A stretch of DNA of 64,000 nt from Cetorhinus maximus. Lineage: Eukaryota. Under the pieces are notes generated by a model. It saw nothing but the letters and a program-made list of their open reading frames with translations, did no database searches and was not told the origin of the DNA. Position 1 is the first letter of the stretch. Every line of letters starts with the position of its first letter. The position numbers were made by a program, and so were the translations under genes. The DNA is taken from contig NC_135895.1 of the NCBI RefSeq assembly GCF_964194155.1, positions 51,460,001 through 51,524,000 of the forward strand, written 5' to 3'. Of the stretch, positions 23,800 to 36,757 are shown one piece after another.

Positions 23800-26764
23800 T
23801 TTTTATTCACTTATGGGATTTGGGCTCTGCTGGCTAGGCCAGCATTTATTGCCCATCCCTAATTGGCCATGAGAACGTGATGGTGAGCTGCCTTCTTGAA
23901 CTGCTGCAGACCATGTGGTGTAGATACACCCAAAGTGCTGTTAGGAAGAGAGATCCAGGATTTTGATCCAGCAACCATGAAGGAACGGTCAAATATTTCC
24001 AAGACAGGATGATGTGCGTCTTGGAGAGAAACTTGCAGGTGATGCTGCTCCCACGTAGCTACTGCCCTTGTCGTTCTAGATGGTAGCAGTTGTGGGTTTG
24101 GAAAGCGCTGCCTAAGGAGCCTTGATGAGTTTCTGCAGTGCATCTTGTAGATGGTACACAACTGCTGCTACTGTGCGTTGGTGGTGGAAGGAATGAATAT
24201 TTGTGGATGGGTTGCTAGTCAAGTGGGCTGCTTTGTTCTGGATGGCGTCAAGCTTCCTGATTGTTGTGGGTGCTGCACTCATCCAGACAAGTGGGGAGTA
24301 TTCCATCATAGTCCTGACTTGTGCCTTGTAGATGGAGGAGAGGCTTTGGGGAGTCAGGAGGTGAGTTACTCACTTCAGGATTCGTAGCCTCTGACCTGCT
24401 CTTGTAGCCACTGTATTTATATGGCTAGTTAAGTCAGTTTTTGGTCAATTCTCTCTTGTTGGAGATGATCATTGCCTGGCACTTGTGTGGCACAAATGTT
24501 ACTTGCCACCTGTCAGTTCAAGCTTGGATATTGTCCAGATCTTGCTGCATTTAGACTTAGACTGCTTCAGTATCTAAGGAGTCGCGAATAGTGCTGCACA
24601 TTGTGCAATCATCACTTATGACTTTATGATGGAAGGAAGATCATTGATGAAGCAGATTAAGATGGTTGGACCTAGGACACTACCCTGAGGAACTCCTGCA
24701 GTGATGACCTGGAACTGAGATGATTGACCTCCAACAACCACAACCATCTTCCTTTGTGCTCAGTATGAATCCAACCAGCAGAGGATTTCCCCCTTATTCC
24801 CATTGACTCCAGTTTTGCTCGGGGTCCTTGATGCCACATTTGGTCAAATGCTGCCTTGATGTCAAGGGTAGTCACTCTCACTTCACCTCTGGTGTCAGCT
24901 CTTTTGTCCATAGGTGCCAGGCAATGACCATCTCGAACAAGAGAGAATCTAACCATCGTCCCATGACATTCAGTAGCATTACCATCACTGAATTCCCCAT
25001 TATCAACATCCTGTGGGGGTTACCATTGATCAGAAATTTACTGAACTGACTTTTGTCCATGTTTGAACCAAGACTGTAATGAGGTCAGGAGCTGAGTGAC
25101 CCTGGCGGGACCCAAATTGAGTATCAGTGAGCAGGTTATTGCTGAGCAAGTGTCACTTGATAGCACTGTTGATGACCCTCTCCATCCCTTTACTGATGAT
25201 CAAGAGTAGACTGATGGGGTGCTAATTGGCTGGGTTGGATTTGTCCTGCTTTTTGTGTACAGGACATACCTGGGCAATTTTCTACATTGCTGGGTAGATG
25301 CCAGTGTTGTAGCTACACTGGAACAGGTTGGCTAGGGGTGCAGCAAGTTCTGGAGCACAAGTTTGCAGTATTATTGCTGAGATATTGTCAGGGCTCATAG
25401 CCTTTGCAGTATCCAGTGCCTTCAGCCGTTCCTTGATATCATGTGGAGTGAATCGAATTGGCTGAAGACAGGCATCTGTGAAGCTGGTGGGGACCTCTGG
25501 AGGAGGCCAAGATGGGTCATCCGCTCAGTACTTCTGGCTGAAGATTGTTGCAAATGCTACAGCCTTATCTTTTGTATTGATGTGCTGGGCTCTCCCATCA
25601 TTGAGGGTAGGGATTTGTGGAGCCTCCTCCTCCAGTGAGTTGTTTAATTGTCCACCACTATTCACGACTGGATGTGGCAGGGCTGCAGAGCTTAGATCTG
25701 ATCCATTGGTTGTGGGATTGCTTAGCTCTGTCTTTCGCATGCTGCTTTTACAGTTTGGCATGCAAGTAGTCCTGAGTTGTAGCTTCACCAGGTTGACACC
25801 TCACATGACACCATGCCTGGTGCTGCTTCTGGTACGCCCTCCTGGACTCTTCATTGAACTAGGGTTGATCCCCATAGTGGTAGAGTTGGGGATATGCCAG
25901 GCCATGAAGTTATAAATGGTGACGGAGTACAATTCTGCTGCTGCTGATGGCCCACAGCGCCTCATGGATACCTAATCTTGAGTTGCTAGATCTGTTTGGA
26001 GTTTATCCCATTTAGCACGGTTGTAGTGCCACACAACACGATGGAGGGTATCCTCAATGTGAAGACTGGAGTTCACCTCCAAAAAGACCGTGCAGTGGTC
26101 ATTCCTACCGATACTGTCATGAACAGATGCATCTGTGGCAGGCAGATTGGTGGGAATGAGGTCAAGCATGTTTTCCCTCTTGTTGGTTCCCTTATCACCT
26201 GCCGCAGGCCCATTCTAGCAGCTATGTCCATTTGGACTCGGCCAGCTCGGTCAGTAATTGTGTTGGTGGTGTCTGGGACATTATCTGTAAGGTATGACTC
26301 TGTGAGTATGTCTATGTCAGGCTGTTTCTGGACTAGTGTGTGTTCGACAGCTGTCTCAATTTTGGCACAAGCACCCAGGAGGACTTTGCAAAGTCAACAG
26401 GGCTCAGTTTGCCAGTGTTGTTTCCGGTGCTTAACTTGATGCAGAGTGGTCCATCTGGTTTCACTCCTTATAGGCTTCGTAGCAGTTTATACAACTGAGT
26501 GGCTTGCTAGGCCATTTCAGAGGGCAGTTAAGAGTCACCACATTAGAGTCACATGTAGGCCAGACCAGTTACGAACAGCAGAATTCCTTCTCTAAAGGGC
26601 ATGGGTTTTTATAACAATTGACTTTTATAACAATCATTAGACTTTTAATTCCATATTTTTATTGAATTCAAATTCCACCATCTACTGTAGCGGTATTCGA
26701 GAGCATTATACTGGTTGTCTGGATTACTTGTCCAGTGACAACACCACTACGCCACCACCTCCCC
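23800..26764 (-). mobile_element. Near full-length LINE-A: tRNA-derived head, AP-endonuclease, RT, 3' tail
   Basis: A box at 26743-26754, then EEP motifs PDIDILTESYL (~26290-26322) and LDLIPTNL...GRNDH (25972-26169), RT motifs LDIKAAFDQMWHQG and MEYSPLVWMSAAPTT, and the 3' tail at 23800-23870. Confidence 0.9.
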
Positions 26765-29429
26765 TGTTGAGTTAGCCAATCAGAAACTAATGCGCCTGAA
26801 TAGGTTTTTCAATTGGAGAATGATGGCAGACAATTGCCAAAATTAAGGCAGAGGTTACATATCAATTGATCTTGAATTAGCCTAAAGATATAGAAGACGG
26901 TAAAAGTTTTAAGGTCATATGGTGCTTCAATAAAAACAAAGAGCTTATTAAAACAACTATACAATCAGGCTTTTGGTGAATAGGATTTTAACAGACGAGT
27001 TGCATACAACAGTCAGATGCAGACAACGCTCTTTACTTTCTTACCATCTGTTTGACTTATACTTGGAAGGATCACGATTGACACTCTTTAAGAGTGCCAA
27101 GGAAGGGGATGAATGGATGAATTATTAACAACCTTACATTTGTTGATAGCATTAATTTTATATGGCAAATGGAGAAGGATCGGCAGGAGCTAAAAGGCAG
27201 AGCTGTGGAAGCCAGTAACACAATAAAATGGGTCCAGATGCTAGAAAGATCCAGACAATGGTATTTTGCAAAGGTGTTATAGAGAAACACTGCACATTGT
27301 TAATGCATGGCAAACATAGCAAATTGTGACAGAATTCAATTGGTTGGGCAGTACTTTTAAAGCAGATAAACAACAACTGTTTAGTGGTGATAAAACCAAA
27401 GGGTAAACCTGGCAATGTGAAAGGACAGTAACATTATGCACCATGCCAAGACTAAAGTCTTGCTTTGTGGTGCTGAAACCTGGTGTCAGAGGACTTACAA
27501 AGGCGAGCAGCCAAAACAGATTAATAAAGAAAGGAGACATTATATGGCAAAAAATGGGGAACAATTATAAATCACTCCAATTGACTTCAAATGTCATGCC
27601 CTGTATCTGGATTCAGTTGTGCACCTGTGTCAATTCAGGTTGTGTTTATTTAACTAAAAAATTAAAGGACAAGTCGGAGGCAAACATAAGATGGATTTGG
27701 TGGAGAAAATTTGTGGCAGATCCACTCTCTCTGTTGGTGGCCTTTCTCATGTTCTTTCATGAAGCTGGAAAACGCTAGGAAAACACAAAATTGTTATGCT
27801 GTCTGAAAATACATTACCCATCTCTGAGACACTGTCAAAATACCTCTGCCAAAAGTAAAATGCACCAAGAGATGCCATGCTATGCTCATAACTGTTCTTT
27901 AATATAATTAAGAATGTTCACAACAATACCTAATTTGTAGCATTATGTCCACACCGACAAAATTAAGTAAGTTACAAGGAATGGTTACTTCTATTTGCAG
28001 AGAGTACATCATGGGTAATGGGGTAAGAAATAATATTTCTAAAATGGGAATTCAGTGGTGAGTAGAGATAAGTGGTGAGAAAGATGTTTAGAACTTATGT
28101 TTTGTGTGTTTTGTTTTCTCTTTAATTAAACTTTAAATTTAAATGTGTACAACTTCTAGAAATTTTCAATTACAAGGTGATCATTTAAGGGGAATGTAGA
28201 TATATATATGATGGAGAAAGGAAAGACAGTTATGTTGATATGGTGGGATGAAGTAAGGTGGGAGCAGGCTTATGTAAGCACAGTCAAGTTGGGGCCAGTT
28301 TCTGTGTTGTACACGTTTTATGTACAAATCAATATACAGCAACATTTATTTGCTTTTCATTAGAATTTGGCCAGACAAAATAATTTGGGTCAGTTACTGC
28401 ATTAAGTGGGTCATTTCTTAATTTAAAAAAATTAAAAGTGAAAATGGAAAAACAATCAAATTATTCTTCTGAATGCTGTAAAATATGGTCAATTCTTGTG
28501 GGAATAGTTTATAATTCCTGGCAATTTACAATCAGGAAATGGCTTGTTGCAATTTAATGGGATGAGTAACAGGTTTAAGCGATAGAAAAAACATATTCAA
28601 TTTGAGAAAAAAATTATCCTACTGGGATTAAAGCATGCAAATCCAGACTGTGTGTTGTTAATGGAGTCAAATGAATCCATAAGACAGGCATCATTAATTA
28701 TCTCATTTAGGCACTTAGTAGTAGCATCTGTTTGTAGATTGCAACAATCAAAGTCAGAGGGAACACAACAAAAGATTTTTTTCCAGTTTTTTTTACTCCA
28801 TATCGACACTAAATGCACTTGTAGATTTACTTATTTTTTTAAAAAAGTTTTTAAAAATCAGATCTGCTCAATTAAAGAATATGATCCTTTTCAACAATTG
28901 TCAATAGTTGAGTTTCAGAAGTATTAAATATAAAAAGAAATCCAAGCAATTCAACATTCTCATTGAAGTTATGGAAGACATTGGTAATCAATAAAATGAA
29001 TCATCAATAAAAATGAAAGAACAACCTGATTCAATAGCACTTCACATGGGATTAATTATGTGTGACTTTTGCTATGTAAATATCCATTTTCTACATGGCC
29101 AACAAACACCAGTTAACCTGTTTTTGACTGTTTTTGGGGAAGACATTATAAGGACTCAGCTTTGTTTCAAACAGTGCATGGGGGCCTGGAAATTTGAGGG
29201 TAGTTGGAACCAGGGTGTTACAGGGACAGGGTGCTCTTGTTGCGAGGGGCTTAGGCAGCACATGATATCTGTGCTGCCTGATCCGTAAGTGCAGCCAGCA
29301 TTACCCGCACTGTGACTTCATACCTACAGAGGACTGCATATTGATAATGCCACTTAAAGATGTCCAGCAGCTCTTAAAGAAGAAGTACATTTTGCTTCCA
29401 GATACCATGGAAACATTTCTGATTGAATA

Positions 29430-29660
29430 GATGAGAGGACATCAAAGTTCTCTGGTGCTGCCCTTGAGGCCCTAGTATGGATAACGGCGAGAAGGAAATG
29501 CATCTTTCTTACTAAAGAATAAGAAGTCCTCCAGGCATCAACTCAAGAGATAATGGGAAAAAAATTGCTGAGCATTTGAATACTGGGAGCTTTGAACCCA
29601 GCCTGTGGGTGCAATGCCCTAAGAAACTTAATGATTTAACTTGAGATCTTCTGGTAAGAA
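29430..29660 (+). pseudogene. Harbinger Myb/SANT-like DNA-binding gene remnant (exon 1)
   Basis: Reads RTSKFSGAALEALV...WEKIAEHLN...WVQCPKKLNDLT, followed by a GTAAGA donor at ~29653. Stops and a frameshift are present. Confidence 0.6.
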
Positions 29661-29756
29661 TACTGCTCTCTGACTTCCTGGTCACAGTTACAACTTCACT
29701 AATCATAACACTGTCAGCACGCAATTAAATACTCCTCATACTTACAACCTTTTACT

Positions 29757-30030
29757 CTCCCACCAGCAGATGCATGGGAACACCACCACCTGGAAGTTCT
29801 CCTCCAAGCCACATGCCATCCTGACTTGGAAATATATCACCGTTCCTTCACTGTGGCTGGGTTAAATTCCTGGAACTCCCTTCCTAACAGCTCTGTGGGT
29901 GTACCTACACCACAGGGGCTGCAGCAGTTCAAGTTGGTGGCTCACCACCACCTTCTCAAGGACAACTAGAAATCGGCAACAAATGCTGGCATAGCCAGCG
30001 ATGCCCACATCCCATGAGAGAATAAATTTT
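29757..30030 (+). mobile_element. LINE-A 3' fragment
   Basis: Matches 42315-42585 (gcagatgcatgggaacaccaccacctggaagtt...cacatcccatgagagaataaa). Confidence 0.85.
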
Positions 30031-31509
30031 TTTAAAATTACTGCACCACATCTGTTTCTCCTCATAATTACACACACACCACTATTACAAAGCTCATTCA
30101 CCCATACCTGCTACCTCACACACTGACTATCAGTTATTCTAGCATGACAACCACATTCTCCAAACTTCTCACAAAATTCTCATTATCACATTCACATCTT
30201 TTCTGCAGTAGTGAGTGACGTGGAATTCAAGAGAGCAGGGCGGCACCAGAGAGGAAGATCCACTCTCCTCTCCAAGAAAGTTACATGGGCTGGGGTAGAG
30301 CTGAGACCATGGTGACTGGCAATGCTAGAGGAAATATCATACAGGGTTTCTTCATACCTAATGCTCTTTATCCTTTCTAATTTCTCTCTCAGTCCACACA
30401 CCTTGCATGGCAAGCTGCAGATGCTTTCAACACACACTTCCACTTTCTACTCTCCTTCACACCATGAGCTACCCCTTGTCCCCCTTTTTAATTTCAGCTG
30501 CTGAGAATATGGAGGTCAGTTAAGGAAGACCAAGGAAACTTTCAGAAAGAGCCAAAATTGTTCAATCTAACTCTTGCAAGCACCACACAAATTTTAGAGG
30601 CTCAATTAGAGAAGGTGTCTGTATATGGTGACACGCCACGCATTTGTGAGAGGGAGCTAGGGCAGGGGGATAAGGTGCCACAGGTGCCACCTCGCCATAG
30701 GGTGCGATCAAATTCTATGTCACAGAGGCTCAGATGTAAACTTTGAATGTCTAGGCTATTTAAGAAGGCTGATGGACACCTACCAGGAAGTTTTTGGTGC
30801 ACTGGGCATTGCCAGAGAGCTTGTGCACAGTGTTGCCCAGCTCAAAGTTGTCTCAAGGCTTAGCCCAGAGAACAGAGAACATTCTGTCCAACAGTCCCAT
30901 TAGCAACACAATGGCATCCACCATGACATAGCCTCCCTTGACAATTCTGACAGCTTCCATAAACTACTACCATAGAAGCTCATATGGGTACAATGGCACG
31001 TTACACAGTCGTCATGCAATTGAGATGGCTGCCAAGTTAACCAAAGCATTATAACAAACCTTCACTCTGTTATAGTGCAGAACTATGAGAGTGCCAGGAG
31101 AGTGGTCTTGTGTCAACGGGATAATTATCTGCTCCCCCACCATTCACTCCATAGTGTCCTTGATCTTTTTGCCAGCCTATACAGACTGCTGCAGCCCATG
31201 CTGAAATGCTAAGACTGCACTGCAGTACTCTAAATCCACAGCTGCTCGAAGTTACCCACCACGGCCGTCTGAACTGCCTGTAAGAAATCTTAGCAGCCTT
31301 CCACCTCTCAGGCTGTAGTCACTGGGGAAACATTTTCTAAGAGCACTGGGTTAGGGAAAGGAACATTCAGGATAGGCAGTATACCTTGAGCAACAATGAC
31401 TCTTCACTATTTGTCTAAACTATTGGATAAAGATGTAGCTGAGTGGATTGATGAATTTGTTTTTGGTTTTGGTATTGATGTTTATCTTTGTAGTGAAATA
31501 GTTACAAGA

Positions 31510-32460
31510 GACTTGCCTAGGTTTGTCACTTGTTTTTCTAGAACAACTTTTTTATAATAAAGAATGAGATTTTATCACTATAGTTAACAACCAGTGCAAG
31601 AGGAGGATGGTACAGGGCAGGAAGAGCAGGGAAGGGAATAGGAAGAGAAGGAGGATGAAAGCAGGGACTCTTTATCTTGAAGTGATTACAAGAGACTTAA
31701 ATCTGAAATGAAGGAAGGCAATTTGATAATGATTGGTAGGATGGTGGTAAGGACTGCGGGAGAGTTTGTGAATGGGAATGGCAGGATGGTTTAGATGAAG
31801 CACTCCACGATGAGCTGCTCTCAGAGTTCTGGCAGATAGGGACATGGGTGGTCCCCGCTTCCCTCCTCCTCCTCTTCCTATCTCTCCCCCTGCTCTTCCT
31901 GCCCCTGTCTGTTCTCCTCTTGCACTGGTTGTCACCTATAGTGATAAAATCTCATTCCTTATTACAGAAAAGTTGTTCTAGAAAAACAAATGACAAATCT
32001 AGATACCTGATTAACTTTAAGATGGAATAAAAAATATATTATTTGTTTGTAGATGTAACTGTTGCGATCATGCCTGGGAAGCAGAGCTTGTGCGTTCAGG
32101 TGGACAATTCTACTGACTCGCAACACATGCAGAAATCTAGACAAATATGATAGAGAAGCTAGCATATTTGCCTTTGTGTAGAATTATTCTAGAATTAGGC
32201 AGTATGAGGAGAAAAGGAACTTTATTCCACCAAGATCCCATCTAATGACCTAGTTCTATTAGATTATCATGGTGATATCTGCTGGAAAGTGAATAAGTGT
32301 GGCCTTAGGGATCCAAATATAATGAGGAAAGGAAAAGGAGGAGGAGGGAAGTGGGGCCACCTGTGTCCCTATCTGCCAAAACTCTGAGAGCAGTTCATCG
32401 TGGAGTGCTTCATCTAAATCAGCCTGCCATTCCCATTCACAAACTCTCCCACAGTCTTAC
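31510..32460. repeat. Interlocked inverted duplications of a Harbinger-like ORF end
   Basis: 31510-31660 is the reverse complement of ~31860-32005, and 31745-31880 is the reverse complement of ~32328-32460. Confidence 0.85.
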
Positions 32461-32929
32461 ATGGTCAAGCAAACCACAGACACAGAAGGAATTAGGTAAT
32501 TGAAGGCTCCTGGTACTCAAAGCTGTACTCCAGCAAAGATTTGCATCTTACTTGTTGGTGTATTTGAGAAACAAGTTTTGTGGTCCCTGTTCTGTTGCCC
32601 TTGGTCAGGGTAGCAGAGGAGTGCTTCAGTTGGAGTGCTCCACTTCACATGGCTTGAAAAAAATCAGCAATGTTGCAATTCCAAATCACTATTACAGATC
32701 ACTATTCCCAATTGCAGACTCCTGTTGGAAAGAAAGGTGGATGCTAAATGAAGACAGGATTGAATTTACCTGTCATAGTCCCATGTAGTGAGCAGTCTCT
32801 ATCCAGTCTCATGCACAAAGAATGACTACTCGCTTGATGCCATGTTCCACAATAGTTACATGTGAAACTGCAGCTTTATGTGAGTTAGTAGGAGAACGAG
32901 GAAAATTGAGGAAAGACTTAATTACAACA

Positions 32930-33785
32930 GTAATTCACTATCATTTCCAACTCTTCAGATACTGAAGCAATCCATACCTGCATGCAGTAAGACCTGGACA
33001 ACATTCAGGCTTGTGCTGATAAGTGACACATAACACACATGCCACACAAATGCCAAGCAATAACCATCTTAAAGAAGAGAGAATCTAATCATTGTTCTTA
33101 ATGTTCAATGGCAATCACTAAATACGTTACCATCAACACCATGGGAGCTACCATTAAACAGAACATTAATTAGATCATCCATATAAATACTATAGCTACA
33201 GGAGCAGGTCAGAGGCTAGAAATTCTGGGGCACATATCTCACCTCCTAATTCTCCAAAGCCTGTCCACCATCTACAAGGCACAATTCAGGAGTGTGATGG
33301 GATACTCTCCACTTTCCTGAATGAGTGCAGCTCCAATGGCACTCATGAAGCTTGACGCCATCCAGGACAAAGGAGCCCACTTGATTGGCACCCCATCCAC
33401 CACCTTAAACATTCATTCCCTACTGTGGCTGCAGTGTGTACCATCTACACGATATGCTGCAACAACACGCCAAGGATCCTTCAACAGCACCTTCCAAACC
33501 TGTGAACTCAACCATCTACAACAACAAGGACAGCAGATGCATGGGAACAAAACCATCTGCAGGTTCCCCTCCAAAATACACACCATCCTAACTTGGAACT
33601 ATATTGTCGCTCCCTCACTGTCGCTGGGTCAAAATCCTGAGAGTTCCTCTCTAATAACACCATGGGTGGACTAACACCAGACAAACTGCAGTGGTTCACC
33701 ACCACCTTCTCAAGGCAATTAGGAATGGACAATAAATGCTGACCTTGCCAGTGATGCTCATATGCCATGAAAGAATAATAAAAAA
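32930..33785 (+). mobile_element. LINE-A 3' part
   Basis: Reads MSAAPMALMKLDAIQDKGAHLIGTPST, with the shared tail ggcaattaggaatggacaataaatgc. Confidence 0.9.
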
Positions 33786-35954
33786 TATCTGCTGAAGTGC
33801 ATGAGAATCAATGATGTTTTTGTAACACAAACTGATACCAAAATCATTTATCAAAGTGTTGGCCTATTGCTCTCAATCAAGAAGAAAGAAACGTTTTTCT
33901 CATGAAAGAATACACTTAATCTCTTCAGTTACTGTACTTCAATAGAGTTAGTATTCTATCGGAAATCACTGTTGCTTTAGTTTACCAGCTTCCAGTTTAC
34001 AATTCACACTTGAAATGTGTGAGAAAATTCAGCTGTATTCAGTGCTTCATTTCAAAGCAATATATTACAAATATGTTTTATTAGCTGACCTTCTCAAAAA
34101 TGAATGTAACTTTCTAGTGATACTCCTATGGGAGAATGATTTCTGCAAATCAATCCCAGCCAGAATGGGCCTTTTTTTTAAGCTTTGTTTTACAAAGAAT
34201 CTTTTGTTTACTCCACACACATTCAGTTCCCCATAATTCTTACAAAAGATAGTCTAATAATGTAACTATAAGCCCATTTGAACTTATTCTGTATAATTGT
34301 ACAAAGAGATAAATCTAAGCAACATTTAGAAACAAATCGGTTGAATGGTCTAATTTACAAGCCTTATTTGGCAGCTATCATGTTCCAATAAATGTAGGCA
34401 CAGGAATACAGAATGTATTTTAATATTTGAGAGAGTGTAGGTCAAGGACTTGGAGCATGGACTAAAGGTGCATCACATGTGCTCATAACAATGTTTAATA
34501 TTTGTGACGGTGGAAGACGCATTCACTTTAGAAGAAGAGTTGGTGTGGAGCAGGGGATTCGCATAAGCCTGTACAAATTACCCAGGCTTGGAGAATACAT
34601 TGTAACTCTGTACAGGGTGTTGAAATGTCTGGTGACACTTGTACAACTGCAAGTCCACTCCTTACACAGATTAAAAACTGGAGTGGTTTGGGGATTTTGG
34701 GGGCCCTCAGTGACAACTATCTTGGAAGAACTTTACCCAATCAGCCCCTTTAAAATCTGCCACACACATTTTTTACCTGGCCCAACACACACATTATTAT
34801 ATTTTGGTTATCTTTCAAAACATCTTGATTTGGATTCCATCCACTCAACAGAAATGAAGCAGATGAGCAATTAAGATTGTGAAAATCAACTTCCCACTCT
34901 ATTCCCACTCAACTGTAGAGATCACCATTTCAACTGTGGCACTGAAATTTATGGGGAAGTACTGGAAACATGCGAGCTTCTAATAAATATATACAATTCA
35001 CAGTTCCAAGGTGTCTTTCGGACCCAATACCATTTTAAGTGGGTGGGACAGAAGTTAAAACTAACAACCAACCTGCTGAGTAAAACCTTGTGAGATTGGC
35101 CTCAGAAAATGACTGTCTAGAGCTGCTACAAGACTTTAACTACTTAACTAAACTTAACTAAAGCAGATGATTATACTGTTTTGAGTATAACCAATTAACA
35201 AAAAGGGGAAAAATTAACAAAAGAACTAATAAAAGTGGGTGACCCCTTAAAGTTTTTTTAAAGAGGCTCACTTGAGCACATAGAAAGAGGCACTTATTGA
35301 AACTGTGATGTTTTTGAATTAGGAGATGTATGCCCGTAATGTTTCAGGCTGTAAATAAATGTAAGACTGTGTAAAGGTTGGCTGCACTATCATCCTTCGT
35401 CAACTGGCTTTTGGTTACGTTGCAGTGGTTATTGGTTTTTCAAGTGATTGTTAGGTTCCCACATTGATTTTTAATCTCACCTTTTGGCTTCACTCACATT
35501 AAATAAGCAATTGCTGCTTGTCAAAGGAGTCAGTATAGATTATTTACTCTGCTTGAAGTGTTACCCTCTTCACTATTCCCACCACTATACTTTAAAGGGC
35601 AGTTAAACCAATCATCCAATCTCTACATCAGTAACATTCTGACAATGCAGACTAACTGACTGCAATGAAAAGAGGTCAGATATCAAACTCCCAAAGTTGA
35701 AAAAGCTGATAAATTCACTTACAAATAGAAGGTTGAACTAAAAAATGTTGGACACCCAAGACTCAACCTATAGTGCTTTTCTTAATAAAAGGTTTCACAC
35801 TCTCACAAGGTGCTCCACTAGTACCATGAATACAGTAGGTCTAAGTCTGTTGTTGCTCATGTTGGTGGCTGGACACAAGATTTGATCCCTGTTGCAGCTG
35901 GGGTGGATTCAAGACCTGTTTTCTTAATCACTCATTGGAGGTTGTGGTGCTGTA

Positions 35955-36095
35955 ACTCTTTCGAGTTATCAACAGATCGCATGTAACTCTTTCGAGTACA
36001 TTCACAGTTCTTGGTTTCCGGGAGTGGGACACGAACCCACAACCTTCTGATTCAAAGGCGAGGGTGCTATGAACTGAGCCACAGCTGACACCTCC
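35955..36095 (-). mobile_element. Isolated SacSINE1-like tRNA head insertion with a 12-bp flanking duplication
   Basis: The minus strand reads GGTGTCAGCTGTGGCTCAGTT...GGGTTCGTGTCCCACTCC (A/B boxes). TGTGGTGCTGTA occurs at 35943-35954 and 36096-36107. Confidence 0.7.
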
Positions 36096-36149
36096 TGTGG
36101 TGCTGTAGGTTGGACTTGCCTTCAGGCAGAGAACTGAAGGAGGAGGAGG

Positions 36150-36757
36150 CCAATCATCTCAGCCCAGGACATCACTGAAGGAATCTCTCAGGTCAGTGTT
36201 CCAGGCCCAACCAACTTCAGCTGTTTCATCAATAACCTTTACTCCATAATAAGGACAGAAGTGGGGGGCGTTTGATGATGATTGCACAGTGTTCAGTTCC
36301 ATTTGCAGCTCGTCAGATAATGAAATAGTCCGTGCTCTCATGCAGCAAAACTTGGGCAATATTCAGGCTGGGGCCAATAATGAGCAAGTAACAGCCATGC
36401 CTCAAAGTGTCAGGTAATGACCATCTCCAATAAGTGGGAGTTGAAGCACCTCCCCTTGACATTCAATGGTATTACCATCGCCAAATTCCTCACCATCAAC
36501 ATCCTGGGAATCACCATTAACAAGAGCCTGAACTGGACCAGTCAAATAAATACTATGGCTATAAGAGCAGGCCAGAGGCTGGGTATTCTGTGGCATGTGA
36601 CTCCCCTCCTTGACTCCCTCAAGCCCTTTCACCATCGACAAGACACAAGGCATGTGATGGAATGCTCTGCACTTTCCTGGATGACTGCAGACCCAACAAC
36701 ACTCAAGAAACTTGACATCATCCAGAAAAAAGCAATGCACTTGATTGGCACGCCATA
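36150..36757 (+). mobile_element. LINE-A RT C-terminal fragment
   Basis: Reads MTISNKWELKHLPLTFNGITI...LNWTSQINT...LKKLDIIQKKAMHLIGTP. Confidence 0.85.
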
